NCBI GenBank assembly: GCA_018064345.1 | Contig: JAGHVK010000003.1 | Coordinates: forward strand, 5,189-69,188 | DNA: 64,000 bases | Source of the DNA: Candidatus Cacconaster merdequi | GTDB lineage: Bacteria > Bacteroidota > Bacteroidia > Bacteroidales > UBA932 | Direction: 5' to 3' | Shown: positions 10,724-20,861 of the stretch, piece by piece | How positions within the stretch are numbered: position 1 is the stretch's first letter | Layout of the letters: each line of letters opens with the position of its first letter | Position numbers and translations under genes: made by a program | The notes under the pieces: generated by a model | Database searches by the model: none | What the model was told of the DNA's origin: nothing | What the model saw: the letters and a program-made list of their open reading frames with translations, nothing else

Positions 10724-11956
10724 ATGGAGAAAGATAGCTTTATACCAAAGAACTGGGCCAAGAGAGGCAACCTTATCACTGTCATAGGAGTCGGAGGCGG
10801 AGGAAGCAATGCTGTTTCCTATATGTTCTCCCAGGGGATAAAGGATGTTGATTTCATTGTCTGCAATACCGACTGCCAGGCCCTTGAAAGCAGCCCCGTA
10901 CCAAAGAAACTGCAGCTTGGGGTACTGACCACCAAAGGTCTCGGCGCCGGAACGGACTATCTCGTCGGACGGAAGGCAGCACAGGAGTCTATCGAGGACA
11001 TTGAGAAGATATTCAACCCTGATACCGAGATGGCGTTCGTTACCTGCGGAATGGGTGGCGGAACAGGTACCGGTGCAGCACCTGTTGTGGCTAAAGTCGC
11101 AAAAGAGAAGGGTCTGCTTACTGTAGGAGTCGTAACTATACCTTTCCGTGACGAAGGGATAGAGGCGCTCTACCGTGCGACAGAAGGTATCAAGGAGTTA
11201 AGCAAGTTCGTGGACAGCCTGCTTGTCATCGACAACCAGAAACTCTACAGTCTTTACTCCGACCTCGATGCATTCTCCGCTTTTCCTAAGGCAGATGACG
11301 TGCTTGCAACCGCAGTCAAGAGCATAGCGGAAATCATTACAAGCCGTGGTTTCATCAACGTGGATTTCGCTGACGTAAAGAAGATTATGCAGAACAGCGG
11401 AATGGCGATAATGGGAATAGGCTCCGCCAGCGGGGAAGACAGGGCCACGAAGGCAGTGGAAGCAGCATTCAACTCTCCTCTGCTGAATGACTTGAACTTG
11501 AGCAATGTAAAGAACGCTCTGGTGAACATCACTTCAAGCAGTGAGCCCGGGAAAGCTGCAAAGATGAGTGAAGTCTCTACAATAATGGACTATGTAAAGA
11601 CTTATACAGGTGAGATGGCCAATTTCAAGAGGGGTATCGTCAAGAACGATGCTCTTGGCGACAGTGTGAGCGTAACGATAGTGGCAACCGGTTTCAACCT
11701 CACGGAACTTCCTGTAATAGACCAGGAATCAGTCTCACGCGGAAACCGGATTGAAATCAGGTCGTCAGATACTTTCAAAAATCGTCGCCGTGGATTACCT
11801 TTGCAGTCGAATGGCGAACTGACTCTCACCAAGGCAAGAGTACCGGGGATTCCTGTGATGCTCACTGCGGATCCGGAAACACTCTCCACACTTGAAAAAG
11901 AGCCGGCATACGTTCGCAGGGACAGAATGTTGAATACACCTAAAGAAACTGAATAA
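10724..11956 (+). CDS. ftsZ: Cell division GTPase FtsZ
   Basis: Contains [10 protein letters not shown] and the tubulin signature [11 protein letters not shown]; 410 aa. Confidence 0.97.
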   Translation: MEKDSFIPKNWAKRGNLITVIGVGGGGSNAVSYMFSQGIKDVDFIVCNTDCQALESSPVPKKLQLGVLTTKGLGAGTDYLVGRKAAQESIEDIEKIFNPDTEMAFVTCGMGGGTGTGAAPVVAKVAKEKGLLTVGVVTIPFRDEGIEALYRATEGIKELSKFVDSLLVIDNQKLYSLYSDLDAFSAFPKADDVLATAVKSIAEIITSRGFINVDFADVKKIMQNSGMAIMGIGSASGEDRATKAVEAAFNSPLLNDLNLSNVKNALVNITSSSEPGKAAKMSEVSTIMDYVKTYTGEMANFKRGIVKNDALGDSVSVTIVATGFNLTELPVIDQESVSRGNRIEIRSSDTFKNRRRGLPLQSNGELTLTKARVPGIPVMLTADPETLSTLEKEPAYVRRDRMLNTPKETE

Positions 11957-11958
11957 CT

Positions 11959-13512
11959 ATGAACCGAAAAAGAAGGGTACGTTTCGCTCCAAGTCCTACC
12001 GGTCCTCTTCATATGGGAGGCGTCAGGACGGCATTGTATAACTATCTTTATGCAAAACAAGCCGGAGGAGATTTCATTCTAAGAATTGAAGATACTGACT
12101 CCCAGAGGTTTGTTCCGGGTGCGGAAGAGTATATCATAGAATCGCTGCGCTGGTGCGGCATAATGCCGGACGAGGGTGTGGATGAGAACGGCAAGGTTGT
12201 GGAAGTGGCATCTGAAAAGCATCCGCACGCACCCTACAGGCAGAGCCAGAGGAAGAATATCTACCGCAAATATGCTGAGGAACTTGTTGATAAAGGCTAC
12301 GCATATTACGCATTCGACACGGCAGAGGAACTTTCAGCACTGAGAAGTGCCGCAGAGGCAGAGAAAAAGACCTTCACATACAACTGGGAGACACGTACCC
12401 GTCTCAAGAACTCTCTGACACTTCCCGCTGAAGAGGTGAGGAGCCGGATTGAGAACGAGACAAACTGGACCATCCGCTTCAAGATTCCGCAGGACAGGAC
12501 AGTGGTGATGGACGACCTCATCAGGGGACATATAGAAGTCAACAGCAATACTCTGGACGACAAGGTTCTCTGGAAGCGCGCCGATGAACTTCCGACATAC
12601 CACCTTGCAAACATCGTGGACGACCATCTGATGGAAATCACCGACGTAATCAGAGGCGAGGAATGGCTGCCTTCCCTCCCCCTGCACTACCTGCTATATG
12701 AGGCATTCGAGTGGCAGGACACCCAGCCTGCCTTCGCTCATCTTTCTCTTCTGCTCAAGCCTGACGGGAAAGGCAAGCTTTCGAAGCGAGACGGTGACAG
12801 ACTTGGGTTCCCTGTTTTCCCACTGAAGTGGGTGAATGCTGAAGGAGAAGTTTCCAGAGGTTACCGCGAAGACGGATACTACCCTGAAGCATTCGTGAAT
12901 ATCCTTGCCCTGCTCGGCTGGAATCCGGGAACAGAACAGGAGATATTCTCACTCGAACAGCTCGTAGAAGCGTTCTCTCTTGACAGAATAGTCAAGTCAG
13001 GGGCAAAGTTCAATCCGGACAAGTCGAAGTGGTTCAATCAGGAATATCTTCGTATGAAGCCTGACAGAGAACTTGTTTCACAGTTCAGAGAAACAGTTGG
13101 AGAAAGAATCGCATCTTTCAGCGACGAATACGTCGGGAAGGTTGTCTCTCTTATGAAGGAGAGAGTCCACTTTATGAATGAGATGTGGGACCTCACATCG
13201 TACTTCTTCGAAGCACCGGCTGAATACGATGCGGCTTCTGTTGCGAAATTTTGGAAAGATGAGACCAGGCAGATCATCCCGCAGGTCCGTTCATTCATTG
13301 CAGGAATTGACCCGTTCGACAAGGATACTATCGAAAACAGTCTCCACGAATTGATCACCTCAAATGAGTGGCCTATGGGCAAAGTGATGAACACACTCCG
13401 TCTTTTCCTCGTCGGAATCTCAAAAGGACCTGGTATTGCAGATATGATGGAGCTCTTCGGCAAGGAAGAAGTTGATAGAAGAATCGATAACGCAATCAAA
13501 AAACTAGCATAG
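11959..13512 (+). CDS. gltX: Glutamate--tRNA ligase
   Basis: Class I aaRS with a HIGH-type motif (PSPTGPLHMGGVRTA) and a KMSKS-type motif (KLSKRD); 517 aa. Confidence 0.94.
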   Translation: MNRKRRVRFAPSPTGPLHMGGVRTALYNYLYAKQAGGDFILRIEDTDSQRFVPGAEEYIIESLRWCGIMPDEGVDENGKVVEVASEKHPHAPYRQSQRKNIYRKYAEELVDKGYAYYAFDTAEELSALRSAAEAEKKTFTYNWETRTRLKNSLTLPAEEVRSRIENETNWTIRFKIPQDRTVVMDDLIRGHIEVNSNTLDDKVLWKRADELPTYHLANIVDDHLMEITDVIRGEEWLPSLPLHYLLYEAFEWQDTQPAFAHLSLLLKPDGKGKLSKRDGDRLGFPVFPLKWVNAEGEVSRGYREDGYYPEAFVNILALLGWNPGTEQEIFSLEQLVEAFSLDRIVKSGAKFNPDKSKWFNQEYLRMKPDRELVSQFRETVGERIASFSDEYVGKVVSLMKERVHFMNEMWDLTSYFFEAPAEYDAASVAKFWKDETRQIIPQVRSFIAGIDPFDKDTIENSLHELITSNEWPMGKVMNTLRLFLVGISKGPGIADMMELFGKEEVDRRIDNAIKKLA

Positions 13513-13516
13513 GTAG

Positions 13517-13960
13517 ATGGAAAAGACAATAGGAATGGCGTCCGACCACGCCGGATATTCAATGAAAGAGGCGTTAAAGCCTTTTGTTGAGTCCTTGGGC
13601 TACGAAATAATTGATTTCGGAACATCTTCTGAGGACAGTGTGGACTATCCCGACTTCGCCCACCCTCTTGCCGAGGCCGTGGAGAATGGGAAAGTCTGCT
13701 GTGGAATCGCTCTCTGCGGATCAGGCAACGGCATATCGATGACTCTCAACAAGCATCAGGGAATCCGTGCCGCCCTGTGCTGGACTCCGGAACTTGCATC
13801 TCTTGCCAGACAGCACAACGATGCCAACGTTCTCTCGCTTCCGGCGCGTTTCATCTCTCAAGGAACGGCAGAATCCATCGTAAAGGCATATTTTGAGGCA
13901 TCCTTCGAGGGAGGAAGACACGAAAGGAGAGTTGCCAAGATAGCCTGCAAACAACTCTGA
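13517..13960 (+). CDS. rpiB: Ribose-5-phosphate isomerase B
   Basis: 147 aa with the RpiB/LacA/LacB family pattern (IGMASDHAGY..., CGSGNGISM). Confidence 0.92.
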   Translation: MEKTIGMASDHAGYSMKEALKPFVESLGYEIIDFGTSSEDSVDYPDFAHPLAEAVENGKVCCGIALCGSGNGISMTLNKHQGIRAALCWTPELASLARQHNDANVLSLPARFISQGTAESIVKAYFEASFEGGRHERRVAKIACKQL

Positions 13961-13961
13961 A

Positions 13962-14777
13962 ATGAGCTGTTTCGTGCTTGAGAACTGTCCTGTGGAAGCA
14001 ATTCAGGATTACCTTGAATCGCATCTTTCACACGACATTGCCGATTATCCGGAGGGCATCGTCATACCTATGGACAAACCTTACCGATGGACTTCGGCCG
14101 ACCTTGTACGCAAATGCAAATTCCAGCTTCAGAAGCACTTCTCGCAACGCAACCTCAAAGTGGGACACGCAGGGACTCTTGACCCTCTTGCCACAGGGAT
14201 GCTCATAATCTGTGCAGGCAAAGCCACGAAGATTGCCCAAGAGCTCCAATCACACACCAAAGAGTATGTCGCTACCATAGAATTCGGCGCCACAACACCG
14301 TCATACGACCTTGAACAGCCCATTGACAACTACTACCCATTCGAACATATCGACGAAGCAGCGGTAAGGGAAGCGCTCAAAGGATTCGAAGGGCCACAGG
14401 AACAGGTTCCACCGGTTTTCTCTGCAAAAATCATCAACGGACTGAGGGCATACGAGTACGCACGGGCCGGAGAGGAGGTGGAACTGAGGAAGAGCGCTAT
14501 CGAGATATTCGAGCTGGAGCTTCTCAACTTCGTCGAAAGGAACGTGATGGTGGACGACAATTTCGAAGTGGCTGGTACTGTCAGGAACATCCGCAACTAC
14601 CATACATCGCACATAAGCGACGGAAAGCGTCCTGCAGCAACAATACGTATAAAGTGTTCGAAAGGAACCTATATCCGTTCCCTGGCAAGGGATCTCGGCC
14701 TTGCTCTCGGCTCCGGAGGCTATCTTACAGCACTGCGGCGCACATCTTCCGGAGAGTTCAGGCTTACTGAGCGATAA
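13962..14777 (+). CDS. truB: tRNA pseudouridine(55) synthase
   Basis: Catalytic Asp motif GHAGTLDPLATGML and the KPYRWTS N-terminal pattern. It starts 1 nt after the rpiB stop. Confidence 0.92.
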   Translation: MSCFVLENCPVEAIQDYLESHLSHDIADYPEGIVIPMDKPYRWTSADLVRKCKFQLQKHFSQRNLKVGHAGTLDPLATGMLIICAGKATKIAQELQSHTKEYVATIEFGATTPSYDLEQPIDNYYPFEHIDEAAVREALKGFEGPQEQVPPVFSAKIINGLRAYEYARAGEEVELRKSAIEIFELELLNFVERNVMVDDNFEVAGTVRNIRNYHTSHISDGKRPAATIRIKCSKGTYIRSLARDLGLALGSGGYLTALRRTSSGEFRLTER

Positions 14778-15492
14778 AACGGTAAACTATCTCCCCTTTC
14801 TGGGATGAAGGGGCTGTGTCTGATGCGCTGAACCTTGAACGGCGCGCAGCCTCAAGTGCAAATTCATGAAGTGATTTGTCGGTTGTACTTGATTCGGCTA
14901 TTACCGAAGCGGATGTTACCTTGCCTCGGTTGTTGACGACTATCCTGACATATACGTCACCTGCCCCGAATCCTTTATATGCCGGCACTGGAAGAAACCT
15001 GGCCTTCCTTCCCTCAAGATTCCACGATATTACTGAAGGGCCGCTGTACTGATGTTCCTGACGCTGCTCGACCTGGTTGTCGGTACGGCTCATATCCACA
15101 GCCTCCTCGGAAGCCTGTTCGGCCATAGCATCCCTTCTGGAGGCATCCATCTTCTTCTGGAGTTCCTTTGCCTCTTCATACAGCTCATCGGGATTCTTGA
15201 AACGGTCATCCTTCAGGCTGCTGCCCGCATCTACCGCAACATTCCGGACGTTGGTTGAAGAGCCGAACATATCGTCCAGGTCCTTTGAAACCTGCTCTTT
15301 CAGTTCTATTTCGCGCTGTTCCTTCTCAAGTTCCTCCTGCTTTGTGAAATCGAGCACGAAAGAAGTCTCGCTCTTCCAGACGGCATTGATTGAGAAGCAC
15401 AAAAGGATAATCAGCACTACAAGATGAAAAGAGATGGTAGCATAGAGCCCCATCCTTTTCTCCTCGTTTCGATTATCGAACAGATTACGCAT
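14764..15492 (-). CDS. TonB/TolA-family energy-transducer-like protein (N-terminal TM, charged coiled region, TonB-type C-terminal domain)
   Basis: It has one N-terminal TM (LYATISFHLVVLIILLCF) and an E/K-rich middle section. The C-terminal ~80 aa fit the TonB CTD pattern (PAYKGFGAGDVYVRIVVNNRGKV...LHEFALEAARRSRF). Confidence 0.65.
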   Translation of the reverse strand: MRNLFDNRNEEKRMGLYATISFHLVVLIILLCFSINAVWKSETSFVLDFTKQEELEKEQREIELKEQVSKDLDDMFGSSTNVRNVAVDAGSSLKDDRFKNPDELYEEAKELQKKMDASRRDAMAEQASEEAVDMSRTDNQVEQRQEHQYSGPSVISWNLEGRKARFLPVPAYKGFGAGDVYVRIVVNNRGKVTSASVIAESSTTDKSLHEFALEAARRSRFSASDTAPSSQKGEIVYRFIAQ

Positions 15493-15518
15493 AAATAACT
15501 GCAGTGCAGCAAACCGGA

Positions 15519-16151
15519 TTACTGCTTGTCAGCATTGGTTGCAAGCCTCCTGATTCCGGAAAGCAGGACATTTATCGCTATGCGGTTGTGACCTCCCTGA
15601 GGCACAATGATGTCAGCATAGCGTTTGCTAGGCGCAATGAACTGCAGGAACATCGGCTTTACGGTCTTCGTATAGCGGTCCATTACAGACTGTACGTTCT
15701 TTCCACGCTCGACAATGTCGCGGGTTATGATACGCATAAGCCTGTCATCATCGTCCGCATCCACGAATACTTTGATATCCATCTGATTCCTCAATTCATC
15801 ACAGGTAAATACAAGAATCCCTTCAATGATGATAATGTCAGCCGGCTCAACGTGGACAGCCTCTTCCTGCCGCGTACAGGTCAAGTAGGAATAAGTCGGC
15901 TGCTCGATAGAATGTCCGGCCTTGAGCTCCTTGAGCTGCTCTACGAGCAATTCCCAGTCTATTGCATCAGGATGGTCGAAATTCAAGGCCTGACGCTCTT
16001 CCATAGGAAGGTGTCCCTGATCCTTGTAATACGAATCCTGAGGAATGACAACGACTCTCTCGTTGATCTGCTCCTTCATCTTTTTCTTTATCTCGTTCAC
16101 GACAGTGGTCTTGCCCGAGCCGGAGCCGCCTGCGATACCGATGACAATCAT
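15519..16151 (-). CDS. udk: Uridine kinase
   Basis: P-loop IGIAGGSGSGKTT; 210 aa; typical Udk length and pattern. Confidence 0.94.
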   Translation of the reverse strand: MIVIGIAGGSGSGKTTVVNEIKKKMKEQINERVVVIPQDSYYKDQGHLPMEERQALNFDHPDAIDWELLVEQLKELKAGHSIEQPTYSYLTCTRQEEAVHVEPADIIIIEGILVFTCDELRNQMDIKVFVDADDDDRLMRIITRDIVERGKNVQSVMDRYTKTVKPMFLQFIAPSKRYADIIVPQGGHNRIAINVLLSGIRRLATNADKQ

Positions 16152-16161
16152 AACAGCAATG

Positions 16162-17544
16162 TTAAAATTCCGCTGTCTTCGGAGTACGAGGGAACGGTAT
16201 TACGTCCCTGATATTCGACATTCCTGTCACAAAGAGAAGCAATCTCTCGAAACCAAGCCCGAAACCGCTGTGAGGGCAGGTACCGTACTTGCGAGTATCG
16301 ATGTACCACCAGAGATTCCTGGTGTCCATATTGAGTTCCTCTATCCTCCTGTTGAGTTTCTCAAGGCTTGACTCACGCTCCGAGCCACCGATGATTTCTC
16401 CAATCTTCGGGAAGAGCACGTCCGTTCCACGGACTGTCTTTCCATCATCGTTCTGCTTCATATAGAAGGCCTTGATGTCCTTCGGATAGTCAGTCAGTAT
16501 GACCGGCTTGCGGAAATGCTTTTCAACAAGATAGCGTTCGTGCTCACTCTGAAGATCAACTCCCCAGCTGACAGGGAACTCGAACTTCTGCCCGCTCTTC
16601 ATAAGGATGTCAACGCCTTCTGTGTATGTCAGACGGACAAAATCAGTGGACACAACGCTCTTGAGACGGTCAATCAGTTCAGAGTCAATCATCTTGTTAA
16701 GGAAAGCAAGGTCATCCTGACAGTTGTCGAGTGCATACTGTACAAGATACTTGATGAATTCCTCCTCAAGATCCATCAGGTCATTCACGTCATAGAATGC
16801 CATCTCCGGCTCAATCATCCAGAATTCTGCAAGATGTCGCGGAGTATTGGAGTTCTCAGCCCTGAACGTTGGGCCGAAAGTGTAGATGTTTCCAAGTGCG
16901 GTAGCACCAAGCTCACCTTCAAGCTGTCCGCTTACGGTAAGGGATGTGTGCCTGCCGAAAAAGTCCTCGGAATAGTCAATCTGACCTGCCTCGTTACGAG
17001 GAAGGTTGTCAAGGTCAAGCGTGGTGACCTGGAACATTTCACCTGCACCCTCGCAGTCAGAAGCGGTGACAAGCGGGGTGTGCAGGTAAACGAAACCTTT
17101 GTCATTAAAGAATTTGTGGATTGCGAACGCCATCGCGTGACGGATTCGCAGCACTGCTCCGAAAGTATTTGTACGGGGACGGAGATGTGCTATCTCGCGC
17201 AGGAACTCCATACTGTGGCCCTTCTTCTGCAAAGGATAGGTCTCAGGATCCGCTACTCCGAGAATCTCTATCTCCTTTGCCTGAACTTCAACTGCCTGAC
17301 CGCTGCCTTGTGAAGGCACGAGATCACCGGTCACACTCAGGCAAGCACCTGTGGTAACCTGCTTGAGCGTCTGCTCGCTGAAATTGGCCACATCGCAGAC
17401 TACTTGAATGTTATTGATGGTAGAACCATCATTCAACGCTATGAAAGCGACATTCTTGTTTCCTCTTTTTGTCCTCACCCAGCCCTTTACTACAATATCC
17501 TTCTCGGGTTGGCCTGCGAGATAATCTACAATTCTTTTTTTCAT
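16162..17544 (-). CDS. asnS: Asparagine--tRNA ligase
   Basis: Class IIb aaRS with an N-terminal OB fold (VKGWVRTKR), motif 2 [15 protein letters not shown] and motif 3 GFGLGFERL. Confidence 0.96.
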   Translation of the reverse strand: MKKRIVDYLAGQPEKDIVVKGWVRTKRGNKNVAFIALNDGSTINNIQVVCDVANFSEQTLKQVTTGACLSVTGDLVPSQGSGQAVEVQAKEIEILGVADPETYPLQKKGHSMEFLREIAHLRPRTNTFGAVLRIRHAMAFAIHKFFNDKGFVYLHTPLVTASDCEGAGEMFQVTTLDLDNLPRNEAGQIDYSEDFFGRHTSLTVSGQLEGELGATALGNIYTFGPTFRAENSNTPRHLAEFWMIEPEMAFYDVNDLMDLEEEFIKYLVQYALDNCQDDLAFLNKMIDSELIDRLKSVVSTDFVRLTYTEGVDILMKSGQKFEFPVSWGVDLQSEHERYLVEKHFRKPVILTDYPKDIKAFYMKQNDDGKTVRGTDVLFPKIGEIIGGSERESSLEKLNRRIEELNMDTRNLWWYIDTRKYGTCPHSGFGLGFERLLLFVTGMSNIRDVIPFPRTPKTAEF

Positions 17545-17551
17545 ATTTGTT

Positions 17552-19054
17552 TTACCAGGTTATTGCTTTTGAAGCAGTACTTTCATTCCAGCACTTGTCC
17601 ACTACGGTTACGACATATTTGTATTTGCCGTCACGCTTTCCTTCCGGCTTGAATGAATTATCACGAGTAATCTTTACGATTTTGCCGCTGTTCGCAATGT
17701 CAATTTTCTCTTTTGCTGCGAAGCGGTAAACTACAAAGAAATGAGGCTGTTGCATCACATCATCAGTAGGAGTTACAGTCCAGGCGATTGCACCATTGCT
17801 GCGTTTAATGCTCTTTACAGGGGCAGGCTCGACGCTGTCGAGATCAGTGTATGCAGGAATCAATGCAATGTTCTTCTGATAATTTGTTTGGAGGGAATCC
17901 TTGAGGCGGAACTTGTCTCCTTCACGTGCCGGATTATTGAATGTCCAGCCCGGCCACCATACATTTCCGTCAACGTTAGGCAGATCCCTTTCAAGCTGCA
18001 TCTTGCGCTCAGTCTGAGTGATTTCAGGATTATCAAGGTCAGGTGCATTGAACGAGCCGATGTTCTGGCCGATATAAAGATGACCCTTGAAGTTGCTGTC
18101 GTTCCACCAGTTGATGAGGACTTCGTAGTCCGCAACGGCGTGCCCTATCTTCCAGTAGAGCTGAGGAACGATGTAATCGATATAACCCTTGTCTGCCCAA
18201 CCAGGAACGTCGGCAAAGAGTTGTTCATAATTTGACAAACCGTTGGTCTTGCTGCCTTTAGGATCATCAGATACGTTGCGATGGATTCCGAAAGGTGAGA
18301 TACCGAAGCGGATCCAAGGCTTGATAGCCTTGATGGTGTCGTTGATCTGGTGAATGAGCAGTTCTACGTTGTTCCTGCGCCAATCGTTCTTCTGCCAATA
18401 CTCGAAGCCCTGCGATGCGCCATATTTTATGAATGACGCGTCATCGTGAAATTCTTCGTACTTGACAGGATATGGGTAGAAATAGTCATCAAAATGAATG
18501 GCATCCACATCGTATCTCGTTACGATGTCGGCTATTACCTTAACGACGAAATCCCTTGCCTCCGGCTCGCCCGGATCAAAGAAAAGCTGCTTTCCATAGC
18601 GCTTGAAGATTTCAGGCTTGCGGAAATAAAGGTGGTCCGGATGAAGCTGTTCCTTGTCGTTAGTAGTCACACGGTATGGATTGAGCCAGGCGTGAAGTTC
18701 CATACCACGGGCATGGCTTTCGTCAATCATGAACTGGAGAGGGTCCCAATATGGATCCGGTGCCTTTCCCTGCTCGCCGGTGAGGAACCTTGTCCAAGGT
18801 TCGAGGGATGATTCATAGAAGGCATCAGCTTCAGGACGTACCTGGAAGATGATTGCATTGCATCCGCAATCTTTGAGAGTGTCAAGCGTGCTTGTGAACC
18901 ACTGCTGGATCTCTTCCCGGGACATATCCTTGATTTTCTGGTTTCCCACTATATGAAGCCAGGCACCGCGGAACTCTCTTTTAGGAGGTTCCTGAGCAAA
19001 TACAGTAGCTGAAACGACAAGCGTCAGCAGAATTGCAGAAAGAATTTTTTTCAT
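17552..19054 (-). CDS. Secreted glycoside-hydrolase-like family 10 (GHL10/DUF187-type) protein
   Basis: Signal peptide ([20 protein letters not shown]), then the EFRGAWLH... TIM-barrel-like pattern I associate with GHL10 proteins. The family call is from memory only. Confidence 0.7.
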   Translation of the reverse strand: MKKILSAILLTLVVSATVFAQEPPKREFRGAWLHIVGNQKIKDMSREEIQQWFTSTLDTLKDCGCNAIIFQVRPEADAFYESSLEPWTRFLTGEQGKAPDPYWDPLQFMIDESHARGMELHAWLNPYRVTTNDKEQLHPDHLYFRKPEIFKRYGKQLFFDPGEPEARDFVVKVIADIVTRYDVDAIHFDDYFYPYPVKYEEFHDDASFIKYGASQGFEYWQKNDWRRNNVELLIHQINDTIKAIKPWIRFGISPFGIHRNVSDDPKGSKTNGLSNYEQLFADVPGWADKGYIDYIVPQLYWKIGHAVADYEVLINWWNDSNFKGHLYIGQNIGSFNAPDLDNPEITQTERKMQLERDLPNVDGNVWWPGWTFNNPAREGDKFRLKDSLQTNYQKNIALIPAYTDLDSVEPAPVKSIKRSNGAIAWTVTPTDDVMQQPHFFVVYRFAAKEKIDIANSGKIVKITRDNSFKPEGKRDGKYKYVVTVVDKCWNESTASKAITW

Positions 19055-19072
19055 AATCTTTTATTTTGTTGG

Positions 19073-20293
19073 TTAGAACTCAATGCCCATAGCATCACAT
19101 ATCTTGCGCGGAATATCCGTATTGTCTTGTCTTGCGGCAAATTTCTCACTGCCTGCTCCTATGGCCCATACTGGCACCGGACAGCCGGTATGGCTGAACG
19201 AAGTCCATCCCAGATTTGCCTTTTCATTGATGTCAGCCAATGATGTCTTGTCACTCATATATTCATTGACATTGTCGGTTGTCGTCGCCACGGTGACAGA
19301 ATCGATATAGTCAAGGTTATAGTCACCACGGCCGCCTCCAAGAGCGAATCCTCCAGTCTCGTGATCTGCAGTAACTATGATGAGGGTCTCATCCGGATGC
19401 TTCTCATAAAAAGCGTATGCGACCTTCACGGCCTCATCCATATCCAGAATCTCCATTATTGTCCCGGCAGCATCCTTCCCGTGGGCAGTCCAGTCAATCA
19501 GGCCACCTTCGGCCATCACGAAGAACCCTTTCTTGTTGCGTTCAAGAACCTCGACTGCTGCAGTCATCATTTGAGGCAGTGTCAAAGCACCTTCCTTGCG
19601 TCCTAAAGCATAAGAGCATATTGCATCGGAATCCTCGTGCTGGACAAGGACAATCCGGTCAGCAGACTTCTTGCCTTGAAAATCATCATAACCGTACGCA
19701 ACAGTATATCCCCCTTCCTGAGCTTTCTGGTAAAGAGATACAGTGGCAGTGTCACCCTTTCCACGCGGGTCAATGAAACCGCCACCGGCGAAGAACTCGA
19801 AACCGGTCTGCGGCAACTCGCTTCCGATGCCGTAGTAGTCGGAGCGCTTGACGGAATGGCCGTAGAAGCAGGCCGGGGTAGCGTGGTTGATCTGCACCGT
19901 ACTCAATATGCCTACGCCATATCCGGCATTGTGTATCTTGTATGAAATACTGGTCAATTCAGTAGAATCAGGCGCTACACACAACATACCGTTGTTGGTC
20001 TTGAAGCCTGTAGAAAGAGCTGTGCCTGCAGCGGAGGAGCAGGTTATGGCTCTGTTGGCTGAATAGTTCGTAGCCTCTCCCATAACAGGGAATCCTGAAA
20101 AACAGACAGGCTCCATCCCTACATATCCCTTCTGATGTGCTTGATAAGCCTCAGTCAGGGCAACGTGCGAAGCACCCATCCCATCACCGATGAAAAGGAA
20201 AACATATCTGGCCTTTTTCTGGCCACAGGAAACTGCCGAAATCACTACAGCAACGAAGAGAATCAGCAGAGCACTTCTTTTTATAAAACCCAT
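19073..20293 (-). CDS. Alkaline phosphatase (lipoprotein)
   Basis: Motifs FIGDGMGASHV, CSSAAGTALSTG (nucleophile region) and VTADHETGG. Lipobox AVSC. Start moved to ATG 20293, because the track's TTG start (20308) lies inside the promoter box. Confidence 0.9.
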   Translation of the reverse strand: MGFIKRSALLILFVAVVISAVSCGQKKARYVFLFIGDGMGASHVALTEAYQAHQKGYVGMEPVCFSGFPVMGEATNYSANRAITCSSAAGTALSTGFKTNNGMLCVAPDSTELTSISYKIHNAGYGVGILSTVQINHATPACFYGHSVKRSDYYGIGSELPQTGFEFFAGGGFIDPRGKGDTATVSLYQKAQEGGYTVAYGYDDFQGKKSADRIVLVQHEDSDAICSYALGRKEGALTLPQMMTAAVEVLERNKKGFFVMAEGGLIDWTAHGKDAAGTIMEILDMDEAVKVAYAFYEKHPDETLIIVTADHETGGFALGGGRGDYNLDYIDSVTVATTTDNVNEYMSDKTSLADINEKANLGWTSFSHTGCPVPVWAIGAGSEKFAARQDNTDIPRKICDAMGIEF

Positions 20294-20296
20294 ACT

Positions 20297-20304
20297 CAAA
20301 AATA
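20297..20304 (-). promoter_or_regulatory. -7 box TATTTTTG (TAnnTTTG) with TTTG 20 nt upstream; alkaline phosphatase promoter
   Basis: Minus-strand TTTG (20328-20325), N20, then TATTTTTG (20304-20297). The ATG lies 4 nt downstream, which implies a leaderless or near-leaderless mRNA. Confidence 0.6.
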
Positions 20305-20321
20305 ACAATAATTACTATAAA

Positions 20322-20356
20322 TAACAAAAGAAAGGGTGACTTTTCGGGCCACCCTT
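20322..20356 (-). terminator. Rho-independent terminator after exbD
   Basis: Minus strand reads AAGGGTGGC-CCGAAAA-GTCACCCTT followed by TCTTTTGTTATTT. It lies 21 nt after the exbD stop. Confidence 0.7.
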
Positions 20357-20376
20357 ATCTTTAATCGCAAATCGAA

Positions 20377-20850
20377 TTACTTCACAGAAGAATCCTTGCG
20401 AGCACCGTACATAATCTTCAATGCTGAACAACGACGAAGCTCTTGCTTAATGTCGGTCACGATACCCATACGGGTGTCCTGGTCAGCTTTGATGTTCACT
20501 GTCATGAACGGACGGTCAGCCTCGCTGAGGTTTTCACGCTCTGCAGCAATGAAGTCTCTGATGTCATCGGTTGTTCTGAAAGAGTCGTTCAACTGGATGC
20601 GGGACTCAGTACCATACTGCGATACGTACTGCTGGGTAGGAGTACCTACGTAGATGTATGAAGAGAGGTCCTTTCTTTCAAGTTTAGCTATTTCAGTAGC
20701 CTGTGGAATAGTAACTTTAACCTTACGTTCTGTCTGACGCATATTGGTTGTCACCATGAAGAACATCAGAATCATGAAGACGATATCAGGAAGGGACGCA
20801 GTGCCGATGGCAGGAATGTCGCCCTTGTCTTTCTTAATGAATTTAGCCAT
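20377..20850 (-). CDS. exbD: Biopolymer transport protein ExbD/TolR
   Basis: 157 aa with a basic N-terminus followed by one TM (SLPDIVFMILMFFMV), the ExbD family pattern. Confidence 0.87.
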   Translation of the reverse strand: MAKFIKKDKGDIPAIGTASLPDIVFMILMFFMVTTNMRQTERKVKVTIPQATEIAKLERKDLSSYIYVGTPTQQYVSQYGTESRIQLNDSFRTTDDIRDFIAAERENLSEADRPFMTVNIKADQDTRMGIVTDIKQELRRCSALKIMYGARKDSSVK

Positions 20851-20861
20851 ACTGATTCCTC

